This document shows, one piece after another, positions 1-10,900 of a stretch of 64,000 bases of DNA. The notes beneath the pieces are model-generated. The model did no database searches. It saw nothing but the letters and a program-made list of their open reading frames with translations, and was not told the DNA's origin. Source of the DNA: Botryllus schlosseri (Eukaryota); assembly GCA_051294905.1 (NCBI GenBank), contig CM119372.1, positions 6,820,001 through 6,884,000 of the forward strand, in the 5' to 3' direction. The first letter of the stretch is position 1, and each line of letters begins with the position of its first letter. Position numbers and translations under genes: made by a program.

Positions 1-1074
1 GCACAAAGGAGTTTCGCTAACAAACAGTAATGGCCAACATGACGCGAACGCGCGACGCGTTACTTTATTGACCGGCGCACAATATTACAATCCCATCAAT
101 GTATCTTACTGCGACAATATGTAAAACGGGATGGAAGTGTAATATCACAAATGCGGCATTGCGGCTTGGGTGATGTGAATACGGCTATAGGTCGAACAGT
201 ATTGATACGATCGTTGATAATACATGATGGATGCGGGAACGGTTATCTTGCGAAATGACAGATTTTCGTCGTCGATTACGTATGGTACAGCCGTCATATT
301 TGCGAAGGCGTCGTTGCTTTCTAACTGATCTTTGTTATCGCACATTATGAGAATTCCTTCGAAAGTTCACGACTTTCCGCCGCTTGTCAAATCGGAAGAG
401 TACATGTAATTGACTCTATTTCGTGTCTTGAGTTTGTGGTACGACAGAACGCTGCTCTGTCTAGTTGAAGCGTTACGGTAGCTAATGCGAGTTCGGTACC
501 CCCGTTCGTGCACGGATTCTTAAACTTTTTTGGTCGCGGAGCCCGTCAAATTTCATGGGCGTTAGTGTGCACCCCCACAATTTCACAAGCTGGTGATTAG
601 AAAAAGGTGTCTACTCTGTGACCAATCTCGAAATTTAGGCTATTGGCGTCTAAAAAGCTACCTGATAACTGATAAAAATGGCAATGGCACCAAGCTCAAC
701 TTTATATAGGCTATTCCATGCCTGAAACAACTTAACTTAGAACTAGACAAGTTTTAATCACTCACGCCGTCATTCCCGACGGGTAATCTGATTTTGTAGT
801 TACCGGTACTTGAAGTTCAACATTCCGCTTTCATATATACCCAAATAAACTAGTTCGCAGAACCCAGTTTGAGAACCATTACGACAGTGCTTTTCCGGAG
901 CTGGTTAACTGCTTTAGGACGTCTATGGTACAAAGTGAAACAGTGAACGCAACGCCTTTGAGCAAAACGGTAAGCAACGCTAGCTTAAAACTTTATCGAA
1001 ACTCAATCATATCACCGGCACACGACACGGCATTTTTCTGATATGGTGATCGAGTGTAGAAGATGATGAGGATA

Positions 1075-1990
1075 TTGCAAATGGTTGCCCGACATTAGGG
1101 CTGTTCAAAAATAACTTATTTTTCTGGATTCCAGTCGTTCAGTTTTCAAATTGTCAGGTTACCCTAAAAAACGTTGCACACCGAATTTGGTTCAATTCTA
1201 ACAAGTATAGGGCTCCGCGGATCCAATTAAAATTTTTAATTGAAACAGGAGAATTAAAAAAAAAATTTAAATTTTTCTGTCAACCCCATGAAATTGTTGA
1301 GCTGTCTTAAGAGACGATGCAAAACAAATTTGACTCAATTCCAACTAGTAGAAGTGGAGTTATTAAAGTTTTTCGTTGATAATCCTCGGATTATACACCA
1401 ATCAAGGATAATCCGAGAAATATCAACGAAAAACTCCAATAACTCCGCTTCTACAAGTTGGAATTGAGTCAAATTTGTTTTGCATCGTCTTTGCAGCCAG
1501 CTCAACAATTTCATGGGGTTGACAGAAAAATTTAAAATATTTTTTTTTAATTTTCCTGTTTAAATTAAAAATTTTAATTGGATCCGCGGAGCCCTATACT
1601 TGTTAGAATTGAACCAAATTTGGTGTGCAGCGTTTTTTTTAGGGTAACCTGACAATTTCGGCTGGAATCTAGGAAAAAAAAGTTATTTTTGAACAGCCCT
1701 ACCCGACATATGAGCATGCGACACAATAGAAAACGACAGTTCAGCAAGGAACACATCAGCATGCGTCACTTCAACATGTGACTGTATAACCCAAAAACTT
1801 ACCCTAACCAGAAACATAGCCCTGAAATTAACCCTTAGATATATCCTAACCCTAACCCAATCATAAAGCCTAACCCTAACCCAACCATAAACTCAGCCCT
1901 AACCCGTAATTTAACCCACATGCTCATGTGTCGCATGCCAAATTGTCGCATGCTGTAATGTCGCATGCTCATATGTCCACGGACCATTGC
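1075..1990. mobile_element. Short element with 18-bp subterminal inverted repeats and a degenerate (CCCTAA)-like core, interrupted by the 1096-1701 hAT
   Basis: gacatatgagcatgcgac at 1705-1722 and its exact reverse complement at 1960-1977; internal ccctaac/cctaac repeats and gtcgcatg tandem units; a homologous inverted copy lies at 32461-32906. Confidence 0.75.
1096..1701. mobile_element. Non-autonomous hAT-type foldback MITE (606 bp, almost fully palindromic)
   Basis: TIRs tagggctgttcaaaaataactt.../...aagttatttttgaacagcccta; exact 8-bp TSD cccgacat (1088-1095, 1702-1709); arms complementary to a ~13-nt loop near 1400-1415. Confidence 0.93.
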
Positions 1991-2124
1991 AAATGTACGA
2001 CGTAATATCGATGACAGTTGATTCGTCACCATCTCACATAGTATATGGGTAATTATGGACAATGTCCGCTGAAGGTATGTCAGTGTAGAATTCCCTGGAT
2101 TATCTCGGCTACTAACGTGTGTAT

Positions 2125-3075
2125 TAGGGATGGTGTGAACGTGAGGTTCACGTTCGCGTTCTGTGTGTGAACCTCGGAAAATTTGAGGTTCGCGTTCACA
2201 ACAGAACCTTGGTAGGTTCTGCACTGTGAACCTTTTTCATATATTGCAATTTTCACTTCATTATAACATCTTTGGTTCAAATTTATTGACTTTCAACTGC
2301 GGGCCACTCTATGCATGGAGCTGGCAGCATAAACATTCAACACTAAACGAGCATGCCCCTGACAATCTCAAAAATTTACATGTATTGTTACAAAAGTTTG
2401 CTCGAAATATCCAGCATTCCGTTTGTGCATATTAGTGTCTCTGTGCTGTGAGCTTGACCCGCAATCACATGACATCAAGAGCGAAATACACTGTATTTTG
2501 TCAGCAAATGATCCTTATTCAACCAATCAATGAGATTGATATCGTCTTCTGATGTAAAAATCTAGCAGGCGCGCGTACGGGGTCAATCTTGACTACATAT
2601 GTATACTGTATCATAAAAACCAAATCCGTGCGACTGGAGTGTTGGCTATACTGCTGTATAACTTGTTAATCGGTAGCAAGTATAAAAACCCATTTTACAC
2701 TCTGCTCAATATCCATGTGGCAATACTCAGACGCCGAACACATTGTCCGATCAGGTCGAAATTGTTGGCAAAGCGACGCAAGATACTGATTTTATGGGAT
2801 TATTATATCATTTGATTGCCCCAGTTGATACATTTGGCGACGTTTCAAACGTCAATATCTACTTAAGTACTGAGCTATTATGTGGCCCCGAGTCGTCGCT
2901 CGGTATCGTGTACAGTAGATTAATATAGGCAATCACCTAATTGAAATATGGGGTTGAAATTACCAATATGACGTCACGTGACGTCATGAGGTTCACGTTC
3001 GTGTTCACACAGAACCTTTCAAAAAGGTTCACGTTCACACGAACCTGAACCTTTCAGAGGTTCACACCATCCCTA
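2125..3075 (+). mobile_element. Non-autonomous hAT element, family A copy 1 (951 bp)
   Basis: TIR tagggatggtgtgaac/gttcacaccatcccta; exact 8-bp TSD gtgtgtat (2117-2124, 3076-3083); subterminal ggttca/gttcac repeats. Strand is arbitrary. Confidence 0.95.
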
Positions 3076-4439
3076 GTGTGTATTGCGTCACAACTAGGGA
3101 TTTGTGGAGCTGTCGACATCTGCTATTCCGGGCCCGTACTAGGAAGTCGCACGTAAACACGTGACACATCCGGTCTAGTCAACATCGGAAACAAGAGAGC
3201 CTGGGTTGCTTCGATCACACGCCAAGCAACGTAAACTAATCTCGACAAGCGAGAACGAATAGCAACCTATATGCGAAACAGATTGTAACCTTTATTGCTC
3301 TGCAACATTTACCGACTCAATTTAGGTCAAATTATGATACGGACACAGCTGCTTTCACATTCGCGAATGTTACGAGACGTGGTATTTATAATGCCAAATA
3401 CAATGGCGTTGGATTACGGGCGCTTACGCGTTTGCTGTAAAATATCGACTGTAATTTATCTTGACGTTTGTGACGGCGGAACTGACCGAAATTCATTCGC
3501 ACCACAAACAAGGGTCTCGAATTCGTTAATTTTCGCGCAACCTCATCAACAGAGGACATCAACAATCGTGCACTGATCTACAATACGTGACGTTGGAGTC
3601 GATTCGAGCACGGCGCGCAACGTTTCTGCGCGCCGGAGGTAAAGCTTTCGATGAATCGTGTTTGGCAGACGTTGCACCGTGATAAATGCGAACTGCAAGT
3701 GTGAGAAGTCACGTGCGGCAGTTTGTGTTGGTATCGATGCGTGAGATGGTACGCAAACAAGCCGTAAGTGATATTAATGAGCATACAAATACAGGCTTTT
3801 GGGAAATCGAAACGAAAAGGCTGACCAAATGCTATCTTTCGTAAGAAAATCAGTTTATGACCACGTTTTGTAAGACTAGGGTCTCACTTTGACAAAAAAA
3901 AAAACAATGTAATGTGGAATTTTCTGGCATCGAACAAGCATGTATGGGACATATGGACCGGATTCGGATACGTGCTTTTTTTCCAATACGGCCGGAGTTG
4001 AACCGCAGTCGGATTCCATTTTAAGGAATAAGGATTGCAGTCGGAACCCACAAAGCCCCGGAGATGTCACTAAGGAAGTATTTATATCAACGCAGAGAGC
4101 TCCCGTAGACGCTCTCCAACTGATGCTACTTATGCGATATGTTCAAATAGTTTCAGCCGTTTCCTTGTTCGGAATACTTCTGCGCTTCAGATTACTTTAA
4201 CCAACTCCGCGGGTCAGTGAGAGAGCTAAACATGTTGGCACGAAAGAACACCGATGTGATGACACGCGCGTTCACGTGGCTTTATACCCGCTTAAGCACG
4301 GCCTCTTAGAAGCCACACAATGAAAATTGCATCCCAGTTCCTGCACCATAGCATATTCATTGTGGAGAACTCTGTCTCCACTAAGGAGACAGGACGTTAT
4401 ATATTTTTGTCCTTGATGTTTCTGCGGCATATACACCCA

Positions 4440-4632
4440 CCCTGTATTTACATGGTTGCGCAGCATGCATGATGTGGATATGCCGCTAGACGACGAAGGT
4501 GCAGACATAGCCGTGAAAGGCGTTCTAAGTCTTGCACCACCTCCATGCTATCCCGGAAATGGTCAGCGTTCGGGGATTGAACCCACGACCTGCCGATCAA
4601 GTGGGACGCTCACGCTCAAATATCACGCTATC
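4440..4632 (-). mobile_element. Diverged tRNA-derived SINE
   Basis: Minus strand reads gatagcgtgata...ggcaggtcgtgggttcaatcccc (degenerate A box, B box GGTTCAATCCC), then gatagcatggagg, which resembles the other SINE copies. Confidence 0.65.
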
Positions 4633-4789
4633 TTGTCGGAATAACCATTTGTGTGCCCGGATACGTGGTAGTTATAGATTAAAATTGACACTTATCAATT
4701 GGGATACCCATGAGGCTGAAATTGTCACGACGAAAGTATACCGAAAGACCGAAACGTAGGATAAAGATAACAAAGCCCCATTCTCTTAC

Positions 4790-4994
4790 CGGGACAAACG
4801 AGGCATATTCCGCACAGTAGCGACGTCTCCGAATCGTCGAGCTTCATTGACAGTATGTGTCTCGCGAAATAAAACACGGAGTCGGTCAACGGACCGAAGC
4901 CGCACCTTTCTATTTGATCTCGATTCAAGGTTAATCCGTCTGAGAACGTCAGCGTTTCTTGTTCCGGGTCGTAGCTATTGCATATTCGAAGAAG
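4790..4994 (-). CDS. RAR: RAR exon: LBD helix 5 to helix 9
   Basis: Acceptor gtttcAG, donor GTAAGA; 205 nt; [68 protein letters not shown]. Confidence 0.96.
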
Positions 4995-7900
4995 CTGAAA
5001 CGGACAAGAGAGGCTTACCCCCCATCCCGGCGGCGCCTATGAAGTTGTGCACAGAGAGGAGATATTGCACCACACAATAGAGTTGGTCAACTACAACATG
5101 TACACATTGGAACTACATTTATACCTACAGAGTTTTTTTTAATTAGACCATAATTATGATTACTGAATTCGCAAAAACGAAAACTGAACTAAATTCCTAA
5201 CGACAAAAATCAAGTTCACTTTATATCGATTCCTAGTTCATTTTCAGAAGAATCAAAATGGCAAATGTCTGTACACCACGCTCGGCTCGTTTAGCACTAT
5301 ATGCAGTTCTCCCGTACCAATTTCAAGAAACCCAGAAATTAGATTAAAATTAAAATCAGAGTCTAGAAAATTTCATAAATTAGATTATAATTTGATTACA
5401 CGCATTTCGCTTTCATAGACAACTAGTATTATCTACGAAGACTGCCTCACAACGCATGTAAAATTTTCGTGGCAAATGGGTCCGAGCTTTCAGATATCCA
5501 AGCCTGCGTTGGACAGATAAACACTGCAAGTACCGATGATCGGCTAGTACTGCAGTTACAAACGATGCGGCCATAAGATGGCGACTGTGGCATTATGACA
5601 TCACCAAGCCTCATTCAATGAGGCATCTCCCACTATCCATCAGACCGCGTATAGGCACTAAAATATTTTGAGTGATTTTCCTATTTTTGTTGTGTTCAAA
5701 AATCGAAGGGATAACCGCATACGTCACCCGAATCCTAGTTTCGGTATCTCCTACTTACTAGTCGACGTCAACATGCAACCGGCTTACACGGAACATATTT
5801 ACGACTTGGCCCCGACAACCATGAGAGTGGGGTTGCATAATGTAGCACCCGGATCATTTCGTTTATAGCCGCTAAACCAATTATTAACCTCATTCGACCT
5901 CAAGGCAATGCCGTAAACAACATACTTTCGATTCATGCCGAATGCCTAATCATACCCATAAAGGGAGTATGTTCATGTCGCTGTTGAAATCAGCTCTGCG
6001 TAAAAATGGTCTGTGTGCCCACTGCCCATAGTGCCCAAACAAGTAAATTACAGGCACCATCCACTATTTTGGACAGAGTCTCACGTTCGGCCTACCATAA
6101 CCTCAATCGTCCTCGTTCGATACGTTGTTTACGCAATTGAACGCATGCGAAGGGCGCGTTTGAACAGATGGCAAATTCATTTTTAGCAATCAAACGCAAT
6201 ACGACGCCCTGGCTTTCGGGCGCATATTTCTCGTAAACGCTCTCGTTAATGTTAATGACGTTATCGGTGTTTTACGACAGTCGCGTAGCATACAGGAATG
6301 GAAACGTTATCATTATCATTATCGTAACTTTATTTCTTTGAGGAATTCTTACTAGTATATCCAGGCAAGCTGCTTTCAGCATGGTGACTTGGTCTGGAGT
6401 GGAGCACTCGTCGAAGCCCGGAACTCGCTTGGCGAATTGCACGATGTTGACAATACATTTCGCCGAACGATCGCAAAATTCTTGCCACAGTGTCAAATCT
6501 AATGAGCCGTCAGTAGACATCGGCGTCTCGCGCTGAAAAACATCGGTCCATGAGACGTCAACGCCTTGATAACACGCGGAGATACGTAGCCAGACACCAG
6601 TAGGAGGTCACTGTGCCAAAGGACAATTCAGCGTGTTGATGATGATGAGAATAACATTAACTTTGAAACACAATCGTTTCGGAAAAACGAAATTCATCCG
6701 TCGACACATTACTGATGTACAAAGACATTGTAAGTAACCAGTCGCTAGTAAATAACTAGATTTAGGCGACGCCTCGTGAATGGAGAAATTTTATTCTAGG
6801 TTAAAATGACAATGTGATTTATACAACGGCTCCTTCCTGAGATAAAGCATGTATAAGTTATCGGGATAATCGAAATATCATTATAACATTGATAGATTAC
6901 ACAATGTGAGTCATAGCGCGATATGATGGAAAGCATTCTGCAACTAGACGACAGAAATTGATAACGACGGGCCTCTCTAAACAGAAACAGCCCGCATTTA
7001 TTGTTCCCGATGTCTACAAGGCGCAGTGACAGAAGCGGCGCATTTCATCTTTTTAAAACAATGAGGAAGTTAGAAGATGCGCATGATCGACGATCATTGA
7101 TTGTTTACGCGTAATGGCAAAGTTAAAATGACATCAGACTGTTAATGCGTAAAATATTGCCGAGCTGTGTTCTTGATATATTTTCACACCCAAGATCATT
7201 GATGTGCATGTGCATTACTCATACTAGGTCACGTGAGAATTGAGGGCTGGGGCAACTAACATGTTGTCCCATGACCGCTACTAAGCCATGGATGTAACTG
7301 GGTGATCTTTTAGGGCAGTACTCGTCAAACGGTGTGCACGGTGCGCCAGAGGGTACATCCAAACATGCATGCGTACACAAGTACGAAAACGGACGCAAGG
7401 GTGCATGATAAACTTGTCACACTATAGCAGTAGTTCTAAACCTAGGGGTGTCGTTCGCGAATGGGCTGAACTTTTCTAGTTATAGGCAACCAATTACATG
7501 CAATATACATACATTGAATGCTTCTAAGCATACAAGGTGCACGAGTTCGTCACAACAACTTTAGGGGTTCACCACAAAAAAGGATGAAGAAAACTGCTTC
7601 AAGGTACGCCGAAATTTCCGCTATTACGTCAACGGGTATGAGATGACATTACATTCCTGCCGAGCTGCGGGCTTGAATCCATGCGATTCAGCGGCATATT
7701 TCTCAAGCACATGATTAGTGAAAACGGCCTCACTGCTGCCATTCCGTCAGTAAATTTATACTGGTAAAGACGCTATGCTGAGAATTTCGGACCCGAAGTT
7801 TCTATTATAAAACAGCATCAACGAAACTGTTAGGTGATTTCCCAAGAAGTGCCGACCCCACTTGCGGTTAACATGGCACGATAACTGCTGCGTAGGCCCT

Positions 7901-10900
7901 ACTCACCGAACGAAATTTGTTCACGTCTTTAATGTCGACAAACGTTTCAACGTGGGCACGAGTGATAGTATCGATAAGTCGTCTGATTTGCACCATTGAA
8001 GTTGTGAATTCCACCGACGGACGGGCAGGCAAGCACGACTTTTCCTTCCCCCTCTTTTTTCGGCGATCGTTTCGGACAGCTGAAATAGAAATGAGTACAC
8101 TTACTGCATACGACACCAACGTACTCCATTCTAGCGTAGAATTCAGTTGTGTATCACAACGCTCATACAAGACCATTTGTCAATACTTGACAGCGGCGAA
8201 GATACCGTTGTCTGGTAGGTATGTGAGTCTAGGTTCGGCTTGACCGATGAGCAGTAACTTGTAGGGATGGTGTGAACCTCTGAAAGGTTCGGGTTCGTGT
8301 GAACGCGAACCTTTTTGAAAGGTTCTGTGTGAACACGAACGTGAACCTCGTGACGTCATATTGCTAATTCCAACCCTATCTTTCAATGAAGTGATAGCCT
8401 ATATTAATGTACACGATACCTAGCGAAGACTCGGGTCACATAATGTCACATTGCTGAAGTACATATTGGCGTTTTAAACGCCGCTAAATGTTATCAACGG
8501 ATATAATAATCTCATAATATCAATACATTCCGACGCTTTGCCAACAATTTCGACGAGGACTTACTAGGGAATATAAGCTTACGCCTTAACGGTCTTTGCC
8601 AGACCGGACAATGTGTTCGGAGTCTGAGTATTGCTACATTGATATTGAGCAGAGTGTAAAACGAGTTTCTATACTCGCTACCGATACCATAAGCAACAAG
8701 TTGTATAGCAGTAGCCAGCACCTTAATCGCACGGATTTGGTTTTAATGATACAGTAAAGATATGAAGTCAAGATTGACCCCGTACGCCCGCTCGATATTT
8801 TACATTAAAAAACGATATCAATGTCATTGATTGGTTGAATAAGCATCATTCGCTGACTACGTATATCGCTCGTGATGTTGTGTGATTGCGGGTCAAGCTC
8901 ATAGCAGAGAGTCACTAAATATTCACAAACGGAAAGCTGGATATTTCGAGAAATTTTTTGTAACAAAAAAGCAAGTAAAACTTTTAAGGTTGTCAAGGTG
9001 CATGCTCGTTTATTAGTGTTGATTTTTTATGCTGCCAGCGCCATGCATACAGTGACACGCAGTTGAAATGCAATAAATTTGAACCAAAGATCTTATAACG
9101 AAGTGCAAATTACAATTTACCAAAAAGGTTCACAGTGCAGAACCTACCAAGGTTCTGTTGTGAACACGAACCTCTAAATTTCCGAGGTTCACACACAGAA
9201 CGCGAACGTGAACCTCACGTTCACACCATCCCTAGTAACTTGCCTTCGCAAAACACCGCGACTCTTGTTTACTTAACTCTGATTAATGATTGATATCAAA
9301 GCACCGCGCCTTACAGCGTATGTTTTTGATAGCTGCATGCTCGAAAACCACTGTTCCCCTTCGATGTGCGTTGTCAAAAATAGAATGGGCTGATAATTAG
9401 GCTTCGTATCCGACTTTGCGGACTGGTGTGCTATGTTTTTTACAATAATCAATCACAAAATAAGGCGAAGCCGTTTCGAACATGCATTACGTACGCGAGT
9501 TCTTACTGCACCGGTACATCCTGCGAGGCGGAAATGTGAATAGTGAACGAACGATCAAACAAAGATGACACCATTCACCATCAGTTTTTGCATGACTTTC
9601 AGCGACGACCCGTGACATTATTTAGTTAGGATTGCGTCACCTCGTCTGGCGAAATAACTTCAAATATCCTCTAGTCCGAAAAAACATACGAGACATGTAG
9701 TACAAAGTAACTGGGAAGTCGTATTCAACCTGCAGCATTGTCACACAGTGCAATGAAATAGGTATGGTCGACAAAGTACCAAATTTCCTTTAATGTGATG
9801 TTGAACTGGCTATTATGCAGCCATCGGTCTGTATCACAAAGACGTTTTCAAGATCTATATAATCGCCGCTCTAAAGCGCGTTCCGTCGCACACAGCTTCG
9901 AAATAGTTCAACGGCGGCCGAGGTCATCGAGTACACGCCAGCAATCCCAAGAGAGGTGAGAAAATTAGTTCTGCACGTAGCGTCTCGCTATCGCAAACCA
10001 ATAAAATATTGAACGCGCGGCCTCGGGGTCATCAGTTCATAGGACGGATGAAGTTAAAAGTGTCATAGTAGATCGAATATCTTGCGCTTGAGAACTACCG
10101 GATGCAGACAACTTGAGTAATTTGCTTTACCGCGAGCGTAATAATCACAAGTTGACCTTGCGATTATATAGTAAAGCTGTCGGGAATATTCAAAATGTAT
10201 GCCCCACGCGTGAACTGAGTTCATATGAACTCACTTAAACGAGGAAGACGGAGAGCGTGAACTGCGTTACACTTTTACACACGTTAATAAATTTGGGTGC
10301 ATCACATTGCCAAGTTCACAGTGTATGACATTGTCATTAAGAGACGGGAAATATAGTCCGAAGGCCTGGACGTGAGAGGACAAATCGCGTATGGACAAAT
10401 AACCAATGGATGCTCAATATTAAGTTCATTCAAACGCGAAACGACGAAACAGCATAAAGCTAAACGCTAGTTACTGAGCGTCGACGTCATTCATGATTGC
10501 CGTTGGTTTCCAATCTCATATTGTAGTTCCATTGCGTTTCCTGACTAGAAACAGGCGCTAGCAATCTGAGCATACGAAACAAATGGCTGAACGTTCGGTT
10601 GAATGAGAACACGCGGCATTTTGCGGTAGAAGGCTGAGTCGAATTCACCACCAGAATATCGGCGTCACGAAAGGGCGTACAAAGACTGCCGGCACCGATA
10701 TGCCGCTCCGCGAACAGCAAAATATATTGGCATCATGACATGAGTAATGCAACCGTGTCAACATGTTTGCTACTATGCGAGCATATCGATATCGCGCCTT
10801 CCCGTACGCCGGCATGAACTCGGCGAAGTCAAATGATTCATTGGCCTGAAATCCACTCCAGCGAAAGTTCACAAACGGACAAATATTCCAAGTTGACGCG

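Noticed and set aside
145-345. 66-aa ORF as a RAR C-terminal exon or separate gene
   Set aside because: No similarity to a nuclear-receptor F region or any recognisable domain, and no clear splice sites.
2125-2220. GGTTCA-rich hAT subterminal repeats as RAREs
   Set aside because: No perfect DR1, DR2 or DR5 spacing; better explained as transposase-binding subterminal repeats.
1-4789. Search for the remaining RAR exons (helix 9-12)
   Set aside because: No frame resembling DR..L...LQEPLL or PHMFPK.LMKITDLR was found by eye; these exons are presumably left of the window.
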